Positions 44,026-54,691 of a stretch of 64,000 bases of DNA are shown here, in pieces. Location of the stretch: positions 7,316,001 through 7,380,000 of the forward strand of contig NC_043001.1 of NCBI RefSeq assembly GCF_006345805.1. The letters run 5' to 3'. The DNA comes from Octopus sinensis (Eukaryota). The notes under the pieces are model-generated. The model had not been told where the DNA came from. It did not search any database and saw only the letters and a list, made by a program, of their open reading frames with translations. The first letter of the stretch is position 1. The number at the start of each line of letters is the position of its first letter. Position numbers and translations under genes: made by a program.

Positions 44026-44752
44026 GTGAAGGCATTCATTCATCCTCCGTCTTTTTATATTAACCATTTATAATTCTTTTCGTTTACTCAACTTCCCCCT
44101 AACGAGCAACCAAAAAAACCAACCGAAATACATATCACCTTTTCTGAGAGAGGTATTATAATCCAGAATCGTAAATCCTTGGAGGGAATTCAATTAATAA
44201 TTCACCAAGTAAGACAGGATTTCCATAAAGTTCTATGAATCAGCGGAAAGCATAATATAAATCGCTTTGAAAAAAAAACGCTTATCTATACACATACTAA
44301 CATCTTGAAAACGTTTAAATAACGTCGCGATGAATCGTGTATAAAATATATTCATTCGCATGCTATTTTTGTTCGATTATAATTACATACAAATAAATGT
44401 GCTAAGCGGTGAGAGATTTGTAATATTCATAAACCAATACAAACTGAACAAACATCATTGACCGCTAACGAAATGTGAAATATGTGGAGCATACAGTTTG
44501 TGTCTGACCGATTTTTTTTTTCAGGCTTTAATAATTACTTCGTAGTTATTCTTTAATACAAAACATACATTAAGGTAAACCTTTGAATATCATCCGCTTC
44601 TTGCTTAGTTTGGAATTATATTAATATATTCGCAAGAATGGTTTAATGCTTTCTGTTTCGTTGTAAGTGTAACGTTAGTCATCGAACTTGACAAATTTAC
44701 GCGTAAATATTATTTGTTTCTGTCATTCAAAAAAAAAAAGAAATTGAAAACA

Positions 44753-44890
44753 ATTGTTTCAGTTATTTAACTGCGGCCAAGCCGGAGCACCGATTTTAGT
44801 CGAAGCAATCTAGTCATTTTAGCTGGTTCTTTTGACATACCGTTAATTTACGGGGACTTAACCACACTAACATCGGTTGCAGTGATAGAT
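44753..44890 (-). mobile_element. SINE family B, 3' fragment
   Basis: Reverse complement GGTGCTCCGGCTTGGCCGCAGTTAAATAACTGAAAC. Confidence 0.75.
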
Positions 44891-44904
44891 ACAGACGTGT
44901 AAAC

Positions 44905-45024
<120 letters not shown>

Positions 45025-45221
45025 GAAGTGTTATGAGAATTTATGGAAAGTATCCCATAGAAGTTCAACAATATATTAAAAATGGAGAAGGTTTTAAAAT
45101 TTGGAAAGAATTTTAATACCAGTAAAACATGAAGAATCGTTAGAAATCGCCCTTTGGAACCCTCCAAAGCAAAGGATGAAATATAATTCAACCTTTTCAC
45201 GCACACACACACATACACACA

Positions 45222-45289
<68 letters not shown>

Positions 45290-45340
45290 TATATAATATA
45301 TTAATCAAAATAAAAATAAAAACATGATGCCAAGGATTTA

Positions 45341-45418
45341 GCGGTACATATGTTTCTGGCCTTTATTAGACGGTTTTATAACAATGCATAATGTGTGTAT
45401 ATAGCCTTCTTCAGCCGC
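45341..45418 (-). ncRNA. Minimal type-I hammerhead ribozyme in a short PLE-like terminus (~45301-45550)
   Basis: GCGG-CUGAAGA-A-GGCU...GGCC-A-GAAA-C-AUAU-G-UA^CCGC: intact CUGANGA/GAAA core, helix I GCGG:CCGC, palindromic ACAUAUGU helix III, GUA triplet; 3' end TTTTGATTAA abuts (TA)n. Confidence 0.7.
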
Positions 45419-45573
45419 GTACAATTACTACTTCAAGAACATGTATTACATTATAAGTTTTACGTTGGAGATGCAAATCTTCATAGTCGCGTACGACAGC
45501 GTGGGGCACCAACACAAAATCGAAGCGTCCATCCCGTCTTTCACTCGATGTAGAATATATATATACATATAGT

Positions 45574-45928
45574 ACCAAGGACTCCAAATTTGCCATCAAG
45601 ATGTAGGACAAGATACTGTGATAGCCTGGGCTTCAGAGGCCCACAGCTCTTCAATATCCTCCCGAAGAACCTGAGGGACCTGCATGGTGTAGATGCGGAT
45701 ATCTTTAAAGTAGGACTGGATCTCTTCCTGTCAGGTGTCCCGGATGAACCAACTTCACGGCAGGAGGTGCAGATGAGGGCAGCTGCATCGAACTCTCTCA
45801 TGCATCAGATGGCGTTTGCTAAAATGCATCCGTGAGGTAAAATCGTGTAGCAAACCAAATGGCGGAGCCCCAGCATGGCCACAGCTCATTAGCTGAAACT
45901 GGAAAAATCAAAATCAAGATCAAAATCA
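45574..45928 (+). mobile_element. 5'-truncated APE-type LINE 3' end (CR1/L2-like group, clade unassigned)
   Basis: ORF2 C-terminus GPQLFNILP..FKVGLDLFLSGVPDEP; 3'UTR GGCGGAGCCCCAGCATGGCCACAGCTCATTAGCTGAAAC; (AAAATC)n tail. Confidence 0.85.
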
Positions 45929-45935
45929 TATATAA

Positions 45936-46101
45936 GACGGGATTCTTTCAGTTTCTGTTTTGCAAATCTACTCACAAGATTTTTTTCGGCCCGAGGATAT
46001 AGTAGAATACAATTGCCGAATTTGATACACGATGGGACTGAAACCTGTAACCTTATGGCTGGGAAGCAAGCCTCTTACTACAACACAGCCACACCTGCTC
46101 C
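45936..46101 (-). mobile_element. SINE family B, 5' part (diverged)
   Basis: TTCTTTCAGTTT..ACTCACAAG..ATAGTAGAA..GGGACTGAA..CACACAGCCACACCTG. Confidence 0.75.
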
Positions 46102-46284
46102 TATCTCATCCGAGTAACAGATTTTGATATTATTCTCAGTATTTAGACTCGATGTACCATTCCTAAGTATGACACTGGAGTGCATTCCATGACGGACTTA
46201 ATAATTCTATGGATTAGACATTATGCAATACAAGTATACACTATTGTCGAATACTAGTAAGAAATCTTTTTACGGTAGGTGAAA

Positions 46285-46420
46285 AAGCGCAGACGTGGCT
46301 CGGGATAAGAAGCTTTCTTCCCAATCATATGGCTCCGAGTTCAGTCCCACTGCGTGGCATTTTGGGTGAGTGTCTTCTACTATAGTCTCAGCATGACCTG
46401 AAAGAATCCGTCGTATATAT
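46285..46420 (+). mobile_element. SINE family B, 5' part
   Basis: GAGTTCAGTCCCACTGCGTGGCA..GTGTCTTCTACTATAG. Confidence 0.78.
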
Positions 46421-46727
46421 GTGTGTACAGTACTACCTCGGTTTTCGAACATCTCATCACGAATAAATCGAGCTTTATCTCCAGTATTACCGCAATGAAA
46501 TGACCGAAGCAAGTAGAAAACTAAAAGAATGACATTGAGGGTTTGATTAACCACTTAAAATCAATATCTTCAAAACCTGTACTTGAAGCAGGCAAACAAC
46601 AAAGAACGGGAATGATTTTCCGGTTAAAATATTCCCTGGTGCCCGATTCTTCACTTAATTATTCTCCTTAGACCAAAAGATACGATTTAACACCTGAATT
46701 CACACCAAGTATTTCGCAAAACAAAAC

Positions 46728-46764
<37 letters not shown>

Positions 46765-47625
46765 GGGGGGGGCTGCGATAAATAGACGGTCGTCTATATT
46801 ACGCAAAAATGAAAATAACAATAACAAAACCTTTTATATATATATTTACTAAAATTACATAAAAATATCTTGAAATGCTACAGAAATACTAAATCGCCAT
46901 TGGCTTCAGCCACTACCTCCAGACAGACATCGGAATCTTTTGCAATTTAATTGATGAATACTTTCATAATTCTTGCCTGTAATTCATCTTGGCTGTTGCA
47001 AAGAATTTTCTTGGTGTCTCACTCAACTGCACCTGTTATAATCAAGAGGGTTTCAGCCTGGAGAGTTTAGTAGCTAGATGTTAGGGGTGATGTAGTCGCA
47101 GGATTCAACGACACCTCAAGGAAGACAGGCCACTAGAGACACACTTCTCCTGCTTATGTAGCATGGTGCAGCGTCCTGTTGCCAGACATAGGGTTTTTCA
47201 GCAGCCAACCTCTTGAACCAGGGTAGCACTACCTTCTTCCAGAAACTTGATGTAGGCCTCCGGATTGTGTCTGTGGCCGTGTGGGAACATGAATGGTGAC
47301 ATAATGTCATCATCACTAGTGATCATTCAAACACAATGATGTTCACTGGGTGTTTGATTTTTATCACTCTTGGCACAGGTCCACTGATTGCACTGTCCAG
47401 CGATTGACACCCAAACACTCTGATATGTTCGTATTGTTCTACCGGTCCGAATGTACAGCATATAATTTCTAAACGTATGGCAGAGTGAATTGCGTCAGTT
47501 TGCTGTTTTTCTCACAGACGGTGACCAACTGACCCTACTATACTGTATAGTCGACAAAATCAAATACAAACAATGCGCCTGGGCGAAATCAAAAATATAA
47601 AATGGGGAAAATTTAACAAAACAAA
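46765..47625 (-). mobile_element. Degraded Tc1/mariner-superfamily relic (DD37D/maT-like)
   Basis: Minus-strand PW..YVWQQDAAPCY..CDYITPNI..NSP..NPLDY; ends approximate. Confidence 0.8.
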
Positions 47626-47654
47626 AGACGAAGACTGATCTATGAATAACAAGC

Positions 47655-47848
47655 TGGTGTATGATTTTGATGCTTTGGAAAGTGAGGAAGTCTTTTACTT
47701 TTCTGACCAATGTACAGAAAAGGGCGGAAAGAGCAGGACATGCAGTAAATGACGTTGCTAGGTTTGCAGAAAAACCAGTCGATGATATGATAGAGCCGGA
47801 GATGCGTGCCTTTGAGGATGGTGGTGTTAGAGAGGTAAGGGTCAGTCT
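47655..47848 (-). pseudogene. Penelope-like GIY-YIG endonuclease fragment
   Basis: LSNTT..FCKPSNVIYCMSCSFRPFLYIGQKSKRL aligns with ITNTT..FTCTSSGLIYCIKCNLCGTLYVGQTGRR in the 51186-51872 ORF. Confidence 0.8.
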
Positions 47849-47877
47849 ATGTATGTATTAACGGATATATATATACG

Positions 47878-48835
47878 CTTTTTTCTTCTGCAGTTTAACC
47901 GCAAGAGCTGCAGGCAGGCTTAGGTGTCACCATTTCCTTTGCTATACTTTAACTAAAGTTTTTCTCATGTGTGGCAGTTGGTGAATGATGGAGTTTGATA
48001 TTGCTGCCTTCATCTGCGTTCCTTGAAATGTGGTAGATTCATCGGGAACACTCGACAGGAGGAGATCCAGTTTTGTTTTGCAGTGGCCTACATCCATCCT
48101 CTCACGCGTTGTTAGAAAATATCGAAATGCTGTGCTCACTTGAAAACCAAACCATTGCGGTACATACTACTATATCCTGATAGCGATTTTGAGGGTTTTG
48201 GTTTTGTGCAGTTCTGGCGCTCCGTTCTGTTCTTTGTATAACAGACAATTCCAAAGTCTTATACAAAATTTTCTACGATTTTCAAGTCATATCATATTGC
48301 GTATTTTTCCTGCCTTCGTTCTATGGAGTAGAATCTCAACTTTTTCAGTTTCTCTCGGTTACTGACATGTCGCATTCAGACGATCGACTACTACGTAGCA
48401 GTGTTGGATTGCTTCCAGTTCCAACGTTAATTGTTTTACACTGTATGGCGACCACAATTTGGAGAAGGAAACCAAACACTTAGGAACTGCTTTCCAAAGG
48501 ACCATTCTCATTCCTGTTGAGTCAGTCTGAATATTCGAAGGATTCATTCGGCCAACCGTCTGCATTTCATTGCCGTGTAATATGTACCTGAAATGATGAA
48601 GCATTACCCGTGTCGATGCACAGGCGAAGCACCGATTTTGATTCAGGGACTAAAATCCCTACAGTGCTTCTCGTGTTGGTAGCAGAGGGCTTGGAATTTT
48701 CCAGCATTAAACAGATTATTATTTTCCTCAGCGGATCTGTACACTGCGTTCAAATCCCGTTGCAGAGCTGCAATGTATACACGGTTATGTATCCTAAGAG
48801 AGAGTAGTGTCACATCTGCAGATATTTATACGTAA
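47878..48835 (-). mobile_element. Degraded APE-type LINE 3' portion related to 45574-45928
   Basis: LQRDLNAVYRSAEENNNLFNAGKFQ (RT thumb region) and KTKLDLLLSSVPDE..QMKAAISNSIIHQ homologous to the 45590-45835 ORF. Confidence 0.83.
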
Positions 48836-49004
48836 CTGTGTGTGTGACTATGCATGTGTGTGTATATATATTTCTGATTGACTGTCTCTCCATCCATTTG
48901 TCCCTAACTGTTTCTTTATCTGGGTAACCATCTTTCTACCAACGTATCCCTTTCTTTCCTTGAAATAGCTACATTCCTGTGAAATAGCTACCCACCACGC
49001 AAAG

Positions 49005-49162
49005 AGACCATCTCCCTTTGTTTCTTTTCTCTTATTCCTTTCTGTTCAAGAACGTAGGCTCGAAGCGTAACGGTTCTTTTCTTTTTCCCCAGCGTTAAAC
49101 TAATACACTTCCTTGTTGTTCATATATCTCTCTTCGTTTTTTGTTTTCCTATAAATTTGAAC
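49005..49162 (+). mobile_element. PLE-like terminus type P1 (decayed hammerhead-like motif)
   Basis: CTGTTCA-A-GAAC-GTAG-GCTC-GAAGC-GTA and AGCGTTAAACTAATAC; ends at (TA)n 49163. Confidence 0.6.
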
Positions 49163-49195
<33 letters not shown>

Positions 49196-49206
49196 ATATA
49201 TATATA

Positions 49207-49560
49207 AAGTTAATCCAAACAAGAAAACACAAAAAAAACACAACAACGCGAGGACGTGGAACAAGTATAGTATTATTGGACGCTCAGGAAAGAAGGGAAA
49301 AAGGAGGGTTTAACTTTTCGAGCGGAGCTCTTCGTCGGAAACATAGGAGAAGGAAAGATCCAGAGAAGGGAAGACAGAGGAAAAAACATCGCCAACGGTA
49401 CACATGAGGTCACATTTTGAAAGACCGGAAGGAGAAAGGGTGAAGAAAGATGTTTTCAAAGACAGAAGAGTTTTCAGACAGAAGAGTAGAATGGTCAAAG
49501 ACAGCGGAATGTAGGAGGGGGAATGTGTGTGTAAGTGTGGATGTGTACGTGCGCGGAGGT
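49207..49560 (-). mobile_element. PLE-like terminus type P2 with hammerhead-like motif
   Basis: GUUU-CCGACGA-A-GAGC-UCC-GCUC-GAAA-AGUU-AAAC at 49308-49342; second copy of 33921-34177. Confidence 0.75.
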
Positions 49561-50614
49561 CTGCGTGTGCGTGTGTGTGCATGTGTGCAATGATGACATG
49601 TGTGTGTGTGCGTGTGTGTGTCTATGGGTGTGTGGTTGTAGCTGTAAACAACAGGCTAGTAGCTGGCTAGTTTGTAAGAATAAGGAGTGGTGTTTTTGTC
49701 TCTAGTTCAATGAAGTATGTGTGTGTGTGCGTGTATATATATGTATCGTGTGTGTGTTTTGTTTGTAGTGTGTGTGTGAATGTGTGTGTTCGTGTGTGTA
49801 TGCGTAGAGTTTGGGTGTGTGGCGAATAACTGTGCTTTACTTAGTGTATCTGTGCGTGTGTGCTTGTACGTGTGTATGTGTGTATATATATGTATGTATA
49901 ATTGTGTGCGTGTATGTGTGCATTTGTATGTGTGTGTGTAAGCGTATATGGATGTATATGCGTGTATCCGTGGGGTTGTGTGTTTTGGGTGTGTGCATTG
50001 GTGAGCGTATGTGCGTGCGTATGTGTTCGCATGTCTTTGTGTGCGTATGTGTGTGTGTCTGTCTGTGCCTGTATGTGTATACGTAGGTGTATGTGTGTGT
50101 GCGCGTGTAGGCATATGTTGTGTGTATGTATATGTATTGGTGTGTATGTGAATTTGTGTATGCTTGTGTGTGTGGGGGGGTGGAGTTGTGTGGGCGTAAT
50201 GTGCGTGCGTGTGCTTGTGTGCGTGTGTGCACTTACGTGCGTGTATGTGTATGTGTATGTGCCCATGTGTGTATGAATGTGTGCCTATCTGTATAAATAT
50301 TGTTTGTTGGAGGCATATGTGGGCATATGTGCTGGTGTGTGTGTTTGTACGTGTGTATGTGTGTGTGCGGGTATTGTATATATATGTATATGTGTGTGTG
50401 TGTGTGCGTGTGTGTGTACGTGCGCACGAGTGAATGTATGTATACATGTGCGTGTATGCACAAAAGTAGAGGTTTATATTTGTGTATATATATATGTATG
50501 CAAACACACACTTTATAATTGAAAGATTGATGGAAAAAAATTTGGTGTGCGTGTACGTGAACCCACAGGCACACACATATATACACTGACGCAGCCTGCA
50601 ATACAGCCAACCCC

Positions 50615-50645
<31 letters not shown>

Positions 50646-51050
50646 TGTATGTATGTATGTGTGTATGTATGTATGTGTGTATGTGTGTTTGTGTATGTAT
50701 GTATGTATGTGTGTATGTATGTGTGTGTATGTATGTATGCATGTGTGTGTATGTGTGTATGTATGTATGTATGTGTGTATGTATAAGTGTGTGTATGTAT
50801 GTATGTATGTGTGTATATGTGTATATGTGTATATGTATGTATGTATGTATGAATGTATGTATGTGTGTGTGAATGTATGCGTGTGTGTGGGGGGTTTGGA
50901 GTTGTGTGGGTGTAATGTACGTGCGTTTGCTTGTGTGCGTGTGTGCGCTTACGTGCGTGTATGTGTGTGTGTGTGTCTCTGCCCATATGTGTATAAGTCT
51001 GTTCGTGGATACGTGAGTATGTGTGTGTATGTGTTTCTGTATAAGGGCAA
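49561..51050. repeat. ~1.5-kb cryptic GT/GTAT-rich low-complexity region
   Basis: Strongly strand-asymmetric; contains a ~110-bp internal direct repeat (50167-50272 and 50881-50994). Confidence 0.9.
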
Positions 51051-51185
51051 AATATTTATAAATAAAAAAATAAATATAAAAAAAGGGAGGGGAAGAAATA
51101 AGAAATGAAAAAATAAAATAAAATAAAAATTAATAAAGTAAAAAATAATAAAAAGTTGCTTGTTGCGAGAGTTGGAGCGCAGTCA

Positions 51186-52509
51186 CTAAGAGGAGGTGGC
51201 TGTGTTGAGTTCGTGCGGGGTATTGGTCTGTAGAGTGAAAATGAGCGTTTGCTCCAAGTGAAGCCTGGATTGTGGAGGACCGGGATGTGGGGCGAGACCA
51301 AACACAGAGATGTCATCGGGGTAATGGCTGGCCGAGCAGAAGTGACGTGCGACGTGAGAATTAGAACGCAGACGGTTATCCCTTAGATGTTCGGCGGATC
51401 GGTCTGCAAACCGGCGTCCCGTCTGTCCTACATACAGCGTTCCGCAGAGGTTGCATTTAATGCAGTATATGAGACCAGACGAAGTGCACGTAAAAGAATT
51501 TCTAATACTGGTTCGCTGGTTGGAACCGGTGAAAGCAGTGGTGTTGGTGATGAAGGGGCAAGTGTTGCAGCGGGATCTGGAGCATGGGAAGGAATCGGTG
51601 TGGGGCTGAGGAGGAAGAAGAGAGGGTGCGACGGACCAGGAGATCGCGTAGATTCCGGGCTTGTTGAAGGACGACAGGGGTGTGTTGGGGAAAATGGGGC
51701 GGGTCGTGGGATCGAGCTGGAGACGACGGAAGGCACGTAGTATCTTCCGAAGAAGGGGTAGAGTAGAGGGGTGGAAAAGGAGGGGAAAGGTGGTGCGGTT
51801 GGGGTGTTGGTGAGATGAAGGAGAAAGGGTGGTGGTGCGGTCGATGCGACGAGTGCGGGCGAGGGCGTTCAAGACCAGGGTTGGTGGATATCCTCGATGC
51901 CTAAACAGGCGGGGCAGCTATTGAGACTGGGTCTCGAAATCCTGGTCGCGGCTGCACAAGCGTCGGAGGCGGAGGGACTGGGAGTAGGGGATGGCCCGTT
52001 TGGTGTGGAAGGGATGGGAGGAATAGAAGTTGAGATAGAGGTGGGAATCCGTGGGTTTGAAGGTGGTGAGAGAGTGGGAGGGGTAGTCGATGCTGAGGGA
52101 GATATCAAGGAAGTTAACAGGGGTATTGGAGATGGTGGAAATGAATAGGAGAGAGGGGTGGAAGTTAGAGAGGAAAGAGATGAAGTGGCAGAGTTGTTCG
52201 CGGGAAAGGGAGGTGGTGCCTATGCAGTCGTCTATGTAACGACCGTATAGTTCTGAGGTCGGCCCGGAGAATTGGGAGAATACTTGGGCCTCAATGTAGC
52301 CAACAAAGAGATTGGCGAAATTGGGGCCCATTCTCGTTCCCATCGCGACCCCGTACACATTATTGGTACGTTTCCCCGGCGATCATGAAACAGTTGAGGG
52401 TGAGGACAAGCTCTGCCAGGCGGAGAAGGGTGGGGGTGCTGGGGGTAAGGTCGGGACGACGGTCGCAGAAGTATCGGAGGGCTAAGAGACCGTGGTTGTG
52501 GGGAATTAC
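51186..52509 (-). pseudogene. Penelope-like retroelement RT/GIY-YIG ORF, 5'-truncated and frameshifted (Neptune-like)
   Basis: VIPHNHGL..LAELVLTLNCF, GVAMGTRMGPNFANLFVG, RYIDD, VNFLDI, KPTDSHLYL..SSHP, Cys linker PCSRSRCNTCPF, LIYCIKCNLCGTLYVGQTGR..AEH. Confidence 0.93.
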
Positions 52510-53493
52510 CATATATATGTATATATATATATATATATGAATATCAATTTCTATACGTTTATATATATATGTGCGTGTGTGTATGTATATTTATGAATAT
52601 TTGATTATACGGACAATATGTGTATATGTATGCGTGTGTAGAAATATATGCTTAGCCAGTGTATTTGCCTTCACACTTAAAGAGGTAAGCAGCTGCGTAT
52701 CATTATATTGTAATTAGTACTAATTGGCTCAAATCCGCAATGTCGGAAATATGGTTGCCATAATATAATTAATACAAATTAATATTGGCCACTTAAAAAT
52801 ACACCGATAGTCATATACAGAAATTTGTATGACAATGCAATACGAATGAAATTTTAAAAGTACACTAATGCTCACAGGTATTCAAAACATTTAGTTTTTA
52901 TATCATGTTTAATTTAATATCAGTTCTACATCAATTTCGAAAGAGGAGGCTACCATAATATTTTTTCAGCTATCACAGTCACTCCTAGCAGAAAGCTATA
53001 TATACTTACACACTTATATACATAAGTACATGCGTATATGCATGCAATCCTGCAAAATAATTTATTATGCAATGAAATTATTATTACGTTACTAATACGT
53101 TGGTAGAACTATATACATGTTCAATCTCATACAGAACCCGTGTATAGTTCTTCAAATTATATTTTGCTATGACGATCACACTGATGAGTTGTGGACATTC
53201 TACGGAAGTGAATACGTAAGTGGTAACACCGAAGCTGGTTTGTGGTTAAGCTGTATATTTTGTATCGTTTACGTTCTGGTGCTTGCTAACTCTTCTTAAG
53301 AACATTCCTTTTCTTAGTGGTAAGACCATAGGGGGTCGACTTCTAGCATATAGATGTCCACTTAGTGCTTATCTCTCTTATCTCTATGCAATATAATTTT
53401 TCTGAATCTTCAGATATTTCTGTATGCTAGACCACTGGTTTTAAATTGATGTAAATAAAATGAATATTCAATTTTTCACCCTTATTATTTTAA

Positions 53494-53531
<38 letters not shown>

Positions 53532-53551
53532 GTATATATATGTGTGTGTGT

Positions 53552-53587
<36 letters not shown>

Positions 53588-54504
53588 AAGCATATATGTA
53601 TACATGTATGTATATATATATCAGTGCACAGACGCACACACACGAACATACACATATGTAACATATATATCTATATGAATATTGAAATACATACCTGTAC
53701 GCGCATGTCTACACATAAAAAATTATATATGTATAGGTGCGTGTGTGCTTGTGAGGTCTAGGAAAATGTGTGTATGTAAATGACCTCGGCTAAATAATTG
53801 CAAATAATTATCGTTAATTACCTCATATAATTATATATTATTCCTTCATGAGATATATTTACATAAACTTATGTTAGCATAGAATATTGATAACATTTTT
53901 CTCATTCTTACCATGCATTTAGCTACTCTGCAACGATACAAAATAGAACACTTTACTTTCCATTTTCGTAAGAACTTACAGGAACAAGAACAATTAATAA
54001 TCCGAATAATATACTTCATTATAAAACCGTTTTTTCCAAATCTATAAGCTTAAATCTTACATTATGCTACAGAAGACTTCCCGTCTGAAACATCGCAATC
54101 AAATCCATTTCAGGTCAAATATATATTAGTATAATAAATATTGCAGAGTATACTGAATATAGTAATTTGTTTTATTATACGCTTTCGCCAATACGTTATT
54201 TTGTTGTAAAGATGTCCTTTTGATTTTGATTTCAAATTTTGAGAAAAGTAGACCGGGTTCGAACTAATGGCTTAGGCGATTACAACGGTACTCATCTAAT
54301 ACTTATTTCATAGACCACCGAAATGATAAATGGTAAAGTTGACTTCGTTGAAACTTGACCTCACAACCTAATGATGGATAAAATGCAACAAAACCTTTTT
54401 ACGCGTCGTACTAAACATTCTGCCTGTTGATCGCGTTTAAGAAGAGTTTTAATATTTACATTATTTACATTTGACGGATATTTGTCCTCATCTTGTTTGT
54501 TGCT

Positions 54505-54550
54505 AACACAACCTTTCGGCTGATATACCTTCCAGCTTTCATCAGTTGTC
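54505..54550 (-). ncRNA. Decayed minimal type-I hammerhead in a PLE-like terminus (~54455-54590)
   Basis: GACAA-CUGAUGA-A-AGCUG-GAAGGUAUAU-CAGCC-GAAA-G-GUU-GUGUU; intact core, GCUG:CAGC helix II, mismatches in helices I and III. Confidence 0.6.
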
Positions 54551-54591
54551 GAAACTGGGTTCTCATTACTAAGGTAATTTTCGATGATATT

Positions 54592-54600
54592 ATATTATTA

Positions 54601-54690
<90 letters not shown>
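54592..54690. repeat. (TTA)n microsatellite, i.e. (TAA)n tail/target of the Dong-like element
   Basis: Directly visible. Confidence 0.97.
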
Positions 54691-54691
<1 letters not shown>

